IMG/VR virus record: IMGVR_UViG_3300033407_000054
Span: 1 to 39,782 of that record
Reading direction: 5' to 3' (one strand)
DNA length: 39,782 nucleotides
DNA from: a virus
The position numbers and the translations under genes are program-made. The number at the start of each line of letters is the position of its first letter. The stretch's first letter is position 1. This document shows positions 1-9,408 of this stretch, piece by piece. Below the pieces are notes generated by a model. The model was not told the DNA's origin, ran no database searches, and saw nothing but the letters and a program-made list of their open reading frames with translations.

Positions 1-127
1 ATGGTGTGAATGGGGAGGCGATCCTATTACCAAATGGAAAATACCTACTCAAAAAGTAGTAGCTATTCCAAAAGGATTAGCAAAAGAGATTCAGAAAAAC
101 TGCAAATACACGGCCTATGTAATTAAT
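1..127. repeat. Terminal direct repeat, copy 1 (identical to 39656..39782); end overlap of a circular or circularly permuted molecule
   Basis: Bases 1-127 (atggtgtgaatggggaggcg...cggcctatgtaattaat) recur base-for-base at 39656-39782. The repeat lies inside an ORF that reads through the junction. Confidence 0.9.
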
Positions 128-232
128 GAAAGAGAAACCACGAAAGGAGATAAGCACGGAGATTTTCTAACTTCTTGGAGAGCAGAAGAGATAAGGAACA
201 CGGCAACATTTAGTAAGGTCAATGATTTATGA
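2..232 (+). CDS. 3' part of the junction-spanning gene that starts at 39375 (virion-module hypothetical protein; about 170 aa when circularised)
   Basis: Frame 2 is open from position 2 to TGA at 230-232. It continues the frame of 39375..39782 exactly through the 127-bp repeat. The stop overlaps the next ATG as ATGA. Confidence 0.75.
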   Translation, partial: WCEWGGDPITKWKIPTQKVVAIPKGLAKEIQKNCKYTAYVINERETTKGDKHGDFLTSWRAEEIRNTATFSKVNDL

Positions 233-1203
233 GTTTACTCTCAAATATCATAACTTATGTAAGGCGACTTATAAAAGTGGAGTCTACACAGGTAGTATCT
301 GATACTACTATTATTGATTACATCAATCGGTTTTACAACTTAGATATGCCGGCTAGACTTCAACTTTTTGAATTGAAGTCTACTTATGAATTTGAGACCC
401 AAGAGAACATAAGCAGGTATCAATTTCCTTATGCTGATTATCAAATGGTAGAGCCCCCCCTTTATATTGATGGAGTTACGGGTCAATACTATCAATCTAG
501 AGAAGGGTTTTTTAGAGCCTTTCCCGAACAATTAACTTCTCAAGATATCCAATCCGGAGATGGGGGAGTAGCTTACTCCTTTTCTCTTGTGGCTTCTCTA
601 TCTTCCGGATTGGCTCTTTTAAGAGGGTTTAAGAACTATGAAGGGACAACTCAAGAGCAACTCTTGCCGGGTGTATATATTACAGCTATTGATGCAGGAG
701 GCAACAATCTTGTGGTGACCGACGATGGATTGGGAAATCTAACAGGAGACGGCACAGGAACAATCAATTATACGACCACAGCTATTTCCGTTACTTTCAA
801 CTCGGCTATCCCTTCTACATCAACAATAAGATCCCAATATTATTTATCTAACAAGGGAACTCCGAGGTTTGTTTTATTCTATGATAACTATTTTACAATA
901 CGTCCCATTCCTAATCGCCCCTTCCTTATTAAAATGGACGCTTACGTTACCCCCGCTACTTTTTTAAATAGTTCGGAATCTCTTACCTGGAGCTATATGG
1001 ACGATTACATTGCAAGAGGAGCTGCCAGGCGCATTTTATCTGATCTGGGAGACTGGGAACAATTTACTGCTTATGAAGGTCTATTTAAAGAGCAAGAAGC
1101 TCAAGTTTTAAGAAGGACAAATAGACAACAATCCACACAGAGAGCAGGAACTATTTTTGCTTCCCAGACGGATATGACTTACTTTAACAACTTTCAAAAT
1201 TGA
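229..1203 (+). CDS. Virion structural protein, possible head-tail adaptor or connector
   Basis: 324-aa ORF translationally coupled to the upstream gene, located between the capsid genes and tail genes. The N-terminus (NIITYVRRLIK...TTIIDYINRFY) resembles connector-type proteins. No firm family assignment. Confidence 0.45.
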   Translation: MSLLSNIITYVRRLIKVESTQVVSDTTIIDYINRFYNLDMPARLQLFELKSTYEFETQENISRYQFPYADYQMVEPPLYIDGVTGQYYQSREGFFRAFPEQLTSQDIQSGDGGVAYSFSLVASLSSGLALLRGFKNYEGTTQEQLLPGVYITAIDAGGNNLVVTDDGLGNLTGDGTGTINYTTTAISVTFNSAIPSTSTIRSQYYLSNKGTPRFVLFYDNYFTIRPIPNRPFLIKMDAYVTPATFLNSSESLTWSYMDDYIARGAARRILSDLGDWEQFTAYEGLFKEQEAQVLRRTNRQQSTQRAGTIFASQTDMTYFNNFQN

Positions 1204-1206
1204 GGA

Positions 1207-1809
1207 TTGATGGCCACATACAATAGAGGACAACCATCGGTAGGACAAGCCTTTAGAGACTCTCGACCTTTGATTGCAGATAATTTCGATGCAGCTGACG
1301 ACGCCATTAGTAATGACCATGTACCTTTTACGAATGCTGACCCTACTAAAAGAGCTCTACATACGAAGGTAACTTTCAACAGTGTGCAAGCTGTCGACCC
1401 AACCATTACTTATCCTCAAACTGCTGTATATACTAAGTCTCGAACTATAGGTGGGGACACTATTCAAGAACCTTTCTTTAAAAGAGTAACTAATTTAGGG
1501 ACTAGTCAGGTAACTCCTGTGGCTCCCTTAGCTTATGTTAAATTTGCTGGTGCAAGTGGAGCGACTTCAAAAGTTTATAATGTTACAAGCGTTACTCGCA
1601 CCGCTACAGGTCAATACACTATCAATTTTACTAAAGAATTACCTGATGCTAACTATATTTTCATTGGCTCTGCTAACGCGGATACTTTTGAAGTTAATGT
1701 AAACTTTAGAGGTCAAACAACAGCTAGTATAAATGTAATCACAGTAAGACTATCTACAGGAGCTGTTGCCGATCCTGAAAATGTGAGCTGCTTTTTTTGG
1801 GGGTTCTAA
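1207..1809 (+). CDS. Tail structural protein (hypothetical)
   Basis: 200-aa ORF tightly packed in the late operon immediately upstream of the 866-aa tail protein. Confidence 0.4.
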   Translation: MMATYNRGQPSVGQAFRDSRPLIADNFDAADDAISNDHVPFTNADPTKRALHTKVTFNSVQAVDPTITYPQTAVYTKSRTIGGDTIQEPFFKRVTNLGTSQVTPVAPLAYVKFAGASGATSKVYNVTSVTRTATGQYTINFTKELPDANYIFIGSANADTFEVNVNFRGQTTASINVITVRLSTGAVADPENVSCFFWGF

Positions 1810-4410
1810 ATGTCTCAACCTGAAAGACTCGTCCTTTCAGATTTTAGCACAGGGTTTGAAACAAGACTCCCTGCTTTCAAAATAGACAACGAAGCTTTTC
1901 CTTATATTGTAAACGCATATCCGTGGAGAGGAAGAGTAAAGAGGAAAAGGGGAACGGATTTATTAGCTAGACTACAAAGAGATTTTGTAGATATATCAGC
2001 AGGAAGTACGGATGCAAACGGGGATATTTCGTTTAACCTAAAAACGATTATTACTCCCAATTTAGAATCCGATAGTGATATAGCTCCTTCTTCGATTACT
2101 GTAGTAGTCAACGGCGCAGCGCCGCCTCCTATTGAAACTTTTACCGAACCGGCTACTCCTGATGGTACCTTGGTAGGAGATCAAGGAAATTTTGGAACCA
2201 TAAATTATACTACGGGAGCTATTACCATCACAGGGAGCAATCCTTCTGAAACGGTTACGGTTTCTTTTGGATACTATCCTTCTTTACCGGCTCTTGGTTT
2301 AAATACCTATGATGAAGAAGTTTTATCCGATGATATAAACTTTCCCACGCCTGTTTATTTTGATCAAACATACGCTTATAGCTACTCAGATGCTACGGGA
2401 CAATTCTTTGATGTAAGCTTTTATAAAAACTCAGTCACTGAAAATAGAGTTACTTGGACGGGAGCTATCTACCAGCAGTTTTGGGGAATCAATTATAAGA
2501 ATGCTCTTTGGGTAACGAACGGCAAACCAGGGTTTCATTATGAAGACATTGTATCCATTGGGGATCAATCTTCTACTACTATTACCGTTAGACTTACTAC
2601 AAACGATTTAGAGCTTGGAGATGTATGTTTCTTTAATGAAGTTCAAGGAACTACAACAGAAATTAATTTGCAAACAGGAACGGTAACTACTAAACCTGCC
2701 GGAGCACCTTTTGATTATGTGTTTACTTTTTCTAATACGATTACGGTAAATACTATTACTCCCGCTACAGGAATATGTCAGTACCTCACTCATACTCTTT
2801 CAGGTGGAGGAGATGGGATTAGATGGTATGATGGGTTTAACTCTCCTTCTCATACAAAAGGATTCGTGAACTTTTCTCCCCCTTTAGAATCCGGTAATGC
2901 CCCTCCTTACTTAATGGGAGCAAAAATGATTAGAGTCTTTAAAAACAGACTTATTTTCTTTGGAACTTATGAGGGAAGACCCGGGGGCACGCCTGTTTTC
3001 TATCCTGATCGAGTAAGAGCCTCACAAAACGAATTTAACGGCCCTCCTTATTATAGTGAAATCTTTCCGGATAACCAATCTTTTGATGCTGAGGCGTACA
3101 TGGATAACATTGGAGGGAAAGGATACTTCACAGAAGCCGGAACTTCTGAAAACATAATCTCTTCAACCTTTGCGTTTGATGTAGTCATAGTTGGTTTTTC
3201 CTCTAGCTGGAGACAGTTGATCTATACTCAAAACGAGGAAGACCCATTTGTCTTTCATACGATTGATATCGAGTTTGGAAATGAATCTAGATTTGCCTCT
3301 ATCACTTTAAAAGATGGGATTGTAGCTCCTGGAGATAAAGGATATGTAGCTGCAACTCCATCAGAAGTAGAAAGGATAGACTTAAAAATACCCGATGAAA
3401 TTTATCAGATTGATAATGCCAACAATGGAAATGAAAAAGTTACGGCCATTAGAGATCATCAAAATGAATGGATATTTTTCACCTATCCCACTCCTATCAC
3501 TTATTTAGATATGAGCGAAAATAGATTTAACAATAGAACGTTGTTATTCAACTACACAGAAGGAAACTACGCGACACTGGAAGAATCTTATACAGCCTAT
3601 GGAATCTTTAGAGAAAACCAACCCTATACATGGGAAGATAACCCGTGGGGAAGCTGGGACACCTCTGGGAATGCTACTTGGGAATCAGGATTTAACTTAG
3701 CTCGTTTTCCCAATATCGCTTGTGGAAACCAACAAGGGTTCATCATGATAAGAACGAATGGAACTCAAGAAGGGAAGTCTCTTTCTATCACTGATATAAC
3801 AACAGCTACTAAAACCTTTGAAGTGATTGATCATGGCCTCGAAGCGAATCAATATGTAAGAGTGGAAGACTGTTTAGGGGTAACGGAGGCTAACGATATT
3901 ATCGCCAGAATAGCGTCTACTCCAACTAAAGATACGATTGTATTAGAGTTTGTTCCGGACATCACTTTAACAGGGACTTATATAGGATTAGGAGTCTTAA
4001 GAAGAATTCCTAACTTTACCATCTACACTAAACAATTTCCCAACTACTGGGGAGCGGGTAAAAAAATTAGAGTATCTAATATAAGAACATTAACGAATAC
4101 CACTTCAGTAGGAGAATATATTATTCAGATTTTTGCCTCTCAAATTGCAGGGGTAGACAGTAACAACCAAGCATGGATACCAACCACTCAAATTGTTTTC
4201 ACTAAACCTGAAAAAGCATTCCTTGCTCTACAAGCTCAAATATGGCACAGAAATATTGTTTCTATGACAGGAGACTCTTTGCAGTTTGGTTTCACTATGA
4301 ATGATGCTCAGATAAGAGACTATGACATTGCCACCTCTGAATGGTCTTTACAGGCGTTGGTAGCGGATATCTTTCAAGCGGGATATATTGGAGGGCCATA
4401 CCTTGGATAA
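1810..4410 (+). CDS. Large tail structural protein (nozzle / tubular-B-like or baseplate hub)
   Basis: 866-aa ORF whose start abuts the previous stop (TAAATG). The size and position are typical of podovirus-type large tail proteins. It contains HGL..N.YV.V / LELGDV.F type small beta-barrel motifs that also occur in 38374..39333. Confidence 0.45.
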   Translation: MSQPERLVLSDFSTGFETRLPAFKIDNEAFPYIVNAYPWRGRVKRKRGTDLLARLQRDFVDISAGSTDANGDISFNLKTIITPNLESDSDIAPSSITVVVNGAAPPPIETFTEPATPDGTLVGDQGNFGTINYTTGAITITGSNPSETVTVSFGYYPSLPALGLNTYDEEVLSDDINFPTPVYFDQTYAYSYSDATGQFFDVSFYKNSVTENRVTWTGAIYQQFWGINYKNALWVTNGKPGFHYEDIVSIGDQSSTTITVRLTTNDLELGDVCFFNEVQGTTTEINLQTGTVTTKPAGAPFDYVFTFSNTITVNTITPATGICQYLTHTLSGGGDGIRWYDGFNSPSHTKGFVNFSPPLESGNAPPYLMGAKMIRVFKNRLIFFGTYEGRPGGTPVFYPDRVRASQNEFNGPPYYSEIFPDNQSFDAEAYMDNIGGKGYFTEAGTSENIISSTFAFDVVIVGFSSSWRQLIYTQNEEDPFVFHTIDIEFGNESRFASITLKDGIVAPGDKGYVAATPSEVERIDLKIPDEIYQIDNANNGNEKVTAIRDHQNEWIFFTYPTPITYLDMSENRFNNRTLLFNYTEGNYATLEESYTAYGIFRENQPYTWEDNPWGSWDTSGNATWESGFNLARFPNIACGNQQGFIMIRTNGTQEGKSLSITDITTATKTFEVIDHGLEANQYVRVEDCLGVTEANDIIARIASTPTKDTIVLEFVPDITLTGTYIGLGVLRRIPNFTIYTKQFPNYWGAGKKIRVSNIRTLTNTTSVGEYIIQIFASQIAGVDSNNQAWIPTTQIVFTKPEKAFLALQAQIWHRNIVSMTGDSLQFGFTMNDAQIRDYDIATSEWSLQALVADIFQAGYIGGPYLG

Positions 4411-4747
4411 ATGCCCTAGATGTCTAAATGAAATGGAATGGTTTGATTATGTAAATGGAGAAAAATACTGTTTAAATTGTTTCTCCTGTTGGGAAGATAT
4501 TCAAAAAAGTTTATTCCAATCATGGAAAAACGAATCCCTTTTTTCAGTTCCTAAAGAACATTTATTTTATGGTAAATGGATTAGAAAAATCCCTCAAAAA
4601 GAATTAAAAAAAATCATAGAAGACAAAAAGGAAAATTATGAATATGGATTAAAATATTGGAACGGATTGGAAAGAAAACGTTTAGACAATATTAAAAGTG
4701 AAGTGAAAAACTTGGAAGGATGCATACATGACAACTCAAGCAAATAA
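4388..4747 (+). CDS. Zinc-ribbon protein (CPRC...CLNC), function unknown
   Basis: 119-aa ORF. The two CxxC pairs lie upstream of the first ATG (4433), so a TTG start (4388 or 4403) is implied. Confidence 0.4.
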   Translation: MEGHTLDKCPRCLNEMEWFDYVNGEKYCLNCFSCWEDIQKSLFQSWKNESLFSVPKEHLFYGKWIRKIPQKELKKIIEDKKENYEYGLKYWNGLERKRLDNIKSEVKNLEGCIHDNSSK

Positions 4748-5192
4748 GCAAGCTCCTTATCTTCCACAGCATAGAACTTTTGATCCTGCTAATCCTTCCC
4801 TTTTTAAGAATCAGATTGAAAACGCCTGGATACAAATCGCCTTTAGAATAAATGAAAGAGTAATTGGAAACTTCTATACTAATGAGCAATTAGCCGGGCA
4901 AGAATATTTTGGTTCTAACAATCAAAGGAGAAGATCTGTATTTAGAAAAGTTGTTAACTTCGGAACTCTTCCAAATACAGGAGCTAAATCGGTAGCTCAC
5001 AATCTTAACCCTACATCTGATTGGAAGTTCACTCACATATATGCGACTGGATCAGATCCTGTTGCTTTATCATATATCCCCGTTCCCAATAGTTTCATTG
5101 TTGTAGACGCCACAAATGTAACGATCACAACAACTTCTGATTTAACCGCCTATACCAATTGCACGGTGGTTTTGGAATACTTAAAGGAATAA
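4728..5192 (+). CDS. Small virion or tail-associated protein (hypothetical)
   Basis: 154-aa ORF, last gene of this late block. It contains an FRKVVNFGTLPNTGAKSVAHNL motif of a kind seen in small phage tail/fibre-like proteins. Confidence 0.4.
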   Translation: MTTQANKQAPYLPQHRTFDPANPSLFKNQIENAWIQIAFRINERVIGNFYTNEQLAGQEYFGSNNQRRRSVFRKVVNFGTLPNTGAKSVAHNLNPTSDWKFTHIYATGSDPVALSYIPVPNSFIVVDATNVTITTTSDLTAYTNCTVVLEYLKE

Positions 5193-5220
5193 AGCAATAA
5201 AACCATAAAGAAATAAAGCT
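5189..5220. repeat. Tandem 8-bp array ATAAAGCA|ATAAAACC|ATAAAGAA|ATAAAGCT (candidate centromere-like site, copy near the origin)
   Basis: Four head-to-tail 8-mers overlap the stop codon of 4728..5192. The 18-nt string accataaagaaataaagc is shared exactly with the array upstream of parA (30874-30891). Confidence 0.6.
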
Positions 5221-5366
5221 GGTTTTTCATGCGCATTTTTACTAAGAAATTCAACACGTAGTACATATATGTTGAATCATTAGACACAAAAAAAACCCCT
5301 AGGTTTCCCTAGAGGCTTAACTTTTTCTTTATTTTAAAGACCTTGAAAAAGTATAAGAAGGTCGAG

Positions 5367-5486
5367 TTTTTTGTAACATTCTAAATCTGAGTGTTGCAAA
5401 TTACCTACCAAGACAAAAATGCTAACACCAGAAAAATGGTAACATCTAATAAAAAAATGCTAACATTTCAGTACTTCACAGTACTT
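5367..5486. promoter_or_regulatory. Candidate replication origin: iterons plus AT-rich DNA upstream of the Rep-like gene
   Basis: Three copies of AAAAATG(C/G)TAACA(C/T) at 5415-5428, 5432-5445 and 5453-5466. A variant TTTTTTGTAACATT sits at 5367-5380. Two CAGTACTT copies lie 10 bp apart (5469-5476, 5479-5486). The 380-bp region is non-coding and AT-rich. Confidence 0.5.
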
Positions 5487-5574
5487 TCAAATATTAGTAT
5501 CAAGTGTCATTAAAATAAAGCATTTTTGTCCTGGATAAATAATTAAATTAATTAATTTATAATAAGGACGAAAT

Positions 5575-6531
5575 ATGAACGAAAAAGAAAACATCACCCT
5601 AATAAATAATGATCCTGTTCACTTCGTTATTGTCAACCGAAGCGTAGTTAACGACAAAAACCTTACCTTCAAAGCCAAAGGCCTATTAGCCTATTTGTTG
5701 GACAAGCCATCCAGGTGGAAATTCTCATTAAACGGTATCTGCTCTCAAACAAAAGAAGGTGTGAACTCAATACGCAATGGTTTAAGAGAACTGGTATTGG
5801 AGGGATACTTAGAGGTTAAAAAGGTTAAAAATGAAAAAAATAGATATTCGGGATGTAATTGGATCATAACTCAGTATCCTAAAAAATCTGAAGAAAATTC
5901 AAAAAAAGTTTCCATGAGTGGGTTTTATAATTCAGGCTATTGTGAGGGAAATTCAAAAAAAGTTTCCATGATGCGGTTTTCGGACGCTGGATCTATGGAC
6001 GCTGTAAAACACGATACAAAGATATACTCTATTAAGGAAGACTCATCATTATCTGAAGATAATGAGAGAGGGGACGAGGCCCCGCCTGCTCCTGATTTAA
6101 AAAAAATAGAAAGAAGTACTCATGTTCACACAACTCAAGAAGAACATGAAAAGCTTATCAAGGATCATGGAGAAGAAAAGATTAAGTGGTGCTATCAAGA
6201 GCTCAGTGAGTGGAAACAGGACAAGCCTAGAAAGCAATGGAGGAAAAGCGATTATCGATCGATTCTTAGATGGTGTATAGATGCTTATGAAGAAAGAAAG
6301 AAAAAGAAAACTGAGGTGGATATCGTAGAAGAAAACAAGAAATTAGCTAAAAAAGCCCATGATGTCTTTTCCGGAATAGCTAAAAAAAGAAGTCTTAATA
6401 TCATTGTGAACTCGGACAACATTCGGATCGAAGGAGTAACTTCTCAATCTCCGTCATTTATTCTTCCGTTCAATGAGAACGGCTTTAGACATCAATTGGA
6501 TAACATCCTTAGAAAGGTAAAATTGATATGA
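5575..6531 (+). CDS. Replication initiator-like protein (N-terminal winged-helix, plasmid/phage Rep or replisome-organiser type)
   Basis: 318 aa. The N-terminus (FVIVNRSVVNDKNLTFKAKGLLAYLL...NSIRNGLRELVLEGYLEV) matches the wHTH pattern of Rep/DnaD-like initiators. Iterons lie immediately upstream and a strong AAGGA RBS is present. Confidence 0.5.
   Translation: MNEKENITLINNDPVHFVIVNRSVVNDKNLTFKAKGLLAYLLDKPSRWKFSLNGICSQTKEGVNSIRNGLRELVLEGYLEVKKVKNEKNRYSGCNWIITQYPKKSEENSKKVSMSGFYNSGYCEGNSKKVSMMRFSDAGSMDAVKHDTKIYSIKEDSSLSEDNERGDEAPPAPDLKKIERSTHVHTTQEEHEKLIKDHGEEKIKWCYQELSEWKQDKPRKQWRKSDYRSILRWCIDAYEERKKKKTEVDIVEENKKLAKKAHDVFSGIAKKRSLNIIVNSDNIRIEGVTSQSPSFILPFNENGFRHQLDNILRKVKLI
5896..5971. repeat. 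22-bp direct repeat inside the rep coding sequence (AATTCAAAAAAAGTTTCCATGA x2, 54-bp period)
   Basis: Exact copies at 5896-5917 and 5950-5971 encode NSKKVSM twice. Confidence 0.8.
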
Positions 6532-6581
6532 TTTAGGGAGGGGAGGATGTCAAATGATTGCACAAAACACTTCCAATAAAT

Positions 6582-6595
6582 TAAAATAATTTTTT
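6582..6595 (+). promoter_or_regulatory. Variant of the TAAAATAATTCTTT promoter-like motif (one mismatch)
   Basis: taaaataatttttt lies 27 nt upstream of the ATG at 6609. Confidence 0.3.
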
Positions 6596-6608
6596 AACAA
6601 GGAGTCCC

Positions 6609-7166
6609 ATGTCTTTTCCAACAATTCGTGGTTATAAAACTAAGATGCTGCCAACGATGAGTCCAGAGCAACGAGGTCTATACGATCAACTGTATGGCTC
6701 TGTTCGCCCTGCGTTAGGTCCTGCGGTCAATCAATTGGCTCAGACGGCCCAAGGTAGTCCTCAACAATTTGAAGCCCTTGAAGCTCCTGCAATGAGGCAA
6801 TTTAAAGAACAGCTGATACCAAGACTTGCCGAGCAACAAACTTCTAGAGGTGGAGGGAGATCGTCAGGATTTTTAAATAGACTGGAACAAGCATCCGGTA
6901 GATTTGCTCAAGACCTTCAATCCCAAAGAATGGGCCTTCAACAAAACGCATTAGCTCAGTTACTTGGTTTAGGGCAAAATTTAATGAGTACACAAACTCA
7001 ACAGCCATACTTCCAGCAACGAAGAAGTTCTCTATTTAAGGAAGGATTAGGAAGGTTTGCGGGTCAATTACCGGGGTTAGGATTAGGATTAGCTTCTTTA
7101 TTTGGAACCGGTGGGATGTCAGGATTAGCGGGATTAGCAAATCTTACCCAACCGAACCAAGGGTGA
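6609..7166 (+). CDS. Gln/Gly-rich virion protein (possible internal or ejection protein)
   Basis: 185-aa low-complexity Q/G-rich ORF with a glycine-zipper C-terminus (GLGLGLASLFGTGGMSGLAGL) and an AAGGAG RBS. Confidence 0.35.
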   Translation: MSFPTIRGYKTKMLPTMSPEQRGLYDQLYGSVRPALGPAVNQLAQTAQGSPQQFEALEAPAMRQFKEQLIPRLAEQQTSRGGGRSSGFLNRLEQASGRFAQDLQSQRMGLQQNALAQLLGLGQNLMSTQTQQPYFQQRRSSLFKEGLGRFAGQLPGLGLGLASLFGTGGMSGLAGLANLTQPNQG

Positions 7167-7170
7167 TGAT

Positions 7171-9339
7171 ATGAGCTTTCAACCTCCTCAGCCTTCTCAA
7201 GGATTTTTAGGATCATTCTTAAATGAACTAACGCAACAAACACCTAGTCTATCCAATCAATTATCTCAGATGGGACAGCAAAGAAGACAGTCAGCAGCGA
7301 AACAGCAGAGTGAACTTTCAAAAATCAGAAATCAATCTTATAAAGATTTAGAATCTATCTCTAAGTTTTATGATACTAAATTAAGCCCTGAAGAAAAAGA
7401 AAGGTTTCTCCCTTTTTTCACCCAAGCTCAAATGCAAGGGGTTCCCATAGATCAAGCGTTTGAATTTGCCGAACAACAATATCTACAAGCCTATCCGGAA
7501 AAATCTACTCAGCAACAAAGACAAGAAGCGTTTGAAAAAAAATCTCCCATTACTAAAGCGTTTAGAAGAGATGTTCCTCTAACGGAAAGAAGACGTAGAG
7601 ATATAGAAGAAAGACAACGATTGTATGAAGAAGGAGCTTCTCCTTTAAAAATGCCGGGTCAGTTTTTTACCGGTGCTTCTAAAAGCCCATTAGGAAACCT
7701 TCTTAATTCCTTTACCAATCCCGAGCAAGCCGTAGCTAAGTCTTTAAAGGGGGGGGTATCTTCTATCTTTAAGCCTTCTTTACCCACAAGAGAAGCTACC
7801 ACAGAAAAAGAAAGAAAAACTCAAGAGCTTGGGAAAGGACTAGCGGATCTTGCGGTATTTGAAGCAACTCCATTAGGAAAAGCCTTAGCTGAAGTAGGGG
7901 GACTGGGCTTCAGAGCTATTATGAAAACTCCTATCGGTAAAAAAGCGGCTGAGTTTTTAAGAGTATTTGGCAATAAATTTGGAAAGAAAGCCGCTCAAGA
8001 GATCGTAAAAGATTCGTTAGATGCGGCAAATATTGTGGAAGGATCAGGAATACCCACCGCTCAACAGCAAACCGCATTCTATGAGTCTTTGAAAGGGAAG
8101 GTAAAGCAACGATCTCCCACTTCTAAAGAAGCCAGGTTAGCTCAAGAAGAATTTCCTAAAGTAGCTTCCCAAAAAGAATCTCAAGATATTATAGGAGCTC
8201 AAAAATATCTTTATGAAAAAGAAGGGACTAAAGAGTTATCTAAGAAAGAAGTTAAAAGATACGAAAAATCTAAAGCGGAAAAGGAACCTAAAACTCACGA
8301 TCAACTTTTAGATCAAACCCAAAGAAAAAAACAAGCTTCCGCAAAAGTAGAGCCTTCTAAAGAAGAATATTTAAAAACCACCAAAGAAAGAAGAGCTTTA
8401 GAAGATGATCTAAAATCGGGAAAATCAAAAAATCCAAAAGAAGACATTTCTAAACGGAGAGAACTTTTAAAAAGAGAGGAAGAATTATTTGATAATTATC
8501 GGAAGAATTTGTACGAGTCTGAAACAGGCACTCCCTACCGAAAAGGACTTACAGCAGAGAAAGATGCTCAAAATGCGATTAAAAAAATTAAGGAATTAGC
8601 AGAATCCGATACTAAGTTAACCCAAGAGGTTCTTCGTGGGAAAGGATGGAAGCCCGAAACTATCAAAAAAGCGGTTGAAGATATAGAAAGAGTCACATTG
8701 GTTGGCAAACCCGCTCCCACATCTTTTTCAGAAATCCACGAGGCTTATGCTGAAGCCTATTTAAAAGAGCTTTCTAAAGTACAAAATAAACTATCCTCCA
8801 GCAAATTTATTACTCCTCAGGAATATATAAATCTCAGTAGGACTCGTGACATTCTTCAAGATAGATTAGAAATAAATCTTATTAAAATAGGTCAAGATCT
8901 TCAAAGGAGAACTCTTAGAGAGATAGAAAAAAGAGCGAATCTATGGGATTCCATTTCTTATAAAAATAAAGAGATTGAGTCTTTGCTAAAGAAACCTGAG
9001 ACTCTCAAAAAGATAGTTAGAATGGCGAACAGCGATCCGTCAGGAGAGGCAGCCCAGGCGCTAGAGTCTGTCATAGGAGAAAAAGGAAAAGGGTTCTTTA
9101 AAAACATAAATGAAAACTTCTTAAAAAAACGCTCGCCTGCCCCTGTTAATGCACTAATTAAAAAAACGGGAATTCATCCTTATTCGCCGGCGGGAAGGCT
9201 ATTAAAATCCATTTCTTTCATGGTGTTAGGATATTTGGGAATTCCTTATACAGCCAAATCCATATTCAGAAAGGTAACTGGTTCTTCTAAAGGAGAGTCG
9301 TTTAAAAAACGTTTAAGAAGAAAGCAAAACGTCAAGTAG
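7171..9339 (+). CDS. Large Lys/Glu-rich coiled-coil virion protein (internal/ejection or tape-measure-like)
   Basis: 722-aa ORF with long charged helical stretches and a hydrophobic C-terminal segment (LKSISFMVLGYLGIPY). Confidence 0.35.
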   Translation: MSFQPPQPSQGFLGSFLNELTQQTPSLSNQLSQMGQQRRQSAAKQQSELSKIRNQSYKDLESISKFYDTKLSPEEKERFLPFFTQAQMQGVPIDQAFEFAEQQYLQAYPEKSTQQQRQEAFEKKSPITKAFRRDVPLTERRRRDIEERQRLYEEGASPLKMPGQFFTGASKSPLGNLLNSFTNPEQAVAKSLKGGVSSIFKPSLPTREATTEKERKTQELGKGLADLAVFEATPLGKALAEVGGLGFRAIMKTPIGKKAAEFLRVFGNKFGKKAAQEIVKDSLDAANIVEGSGIPTAQQQTAFYESLKGKVKQRSPTSKEARLAQEEFPKVASQKESQDIIGAQKYLYEKEGTKELSKKEVKRYEKSKAEKEPKTHDQLLDQTQRKKQASAKVEPSKEEYLKTTKERRALEDDLKSGKSKNPKEDISKRRELLKREEELFDNYRKNLYESETGTPYRKGLTAEKDAQNAIKKIKELAESDTKLTQEVLRGKGWKPETIKKAVEDIERVTLVGKPAPTSFSEIHEAYAEAYLKELSKVQNKLSSSKFITPQEYINLSRTRDILQDRLEINLIKIGQDLQRRTLREIEKRANLWDSISYKNKEIESLLKKPETLKKIVRMANSDPSGEAAQALESVIGEKGKGFFKNINENFLKKRSPAPVNALIKKTGIHPYSPAGRLLKSISFMVLGYLGIPYTAKSIFRKVTGSSKGESFKKRLRRKQNVK

Positions 9340-9408
9340 TGTGTGTTTTTTATTAATAGAATTTTTCTTAACTTCTTAGCTTTCTCATAGAGAGATTTTA
9401 AAATTTAT

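Noticed and set aside
5290-5312. Hairpin CTAGG-tttc-CCTAG flanked by A8 upstream and T5 downstream, a possible bidirectional terminator after the 4728..5192 operon
   Set aside because: The stem is short (5 bp) and the T-run is not adjacent on the plus strand. This is plausible but not supportable by eye.
6557-6589. A 10-codon mini-ORF after a GGGAGGGGAGG tract
   Set aside because: The purine tract abuts the ATG with no spacer and the product would be 10 aa. It is more likely the rep 3' UTR or part of the next promoter region.
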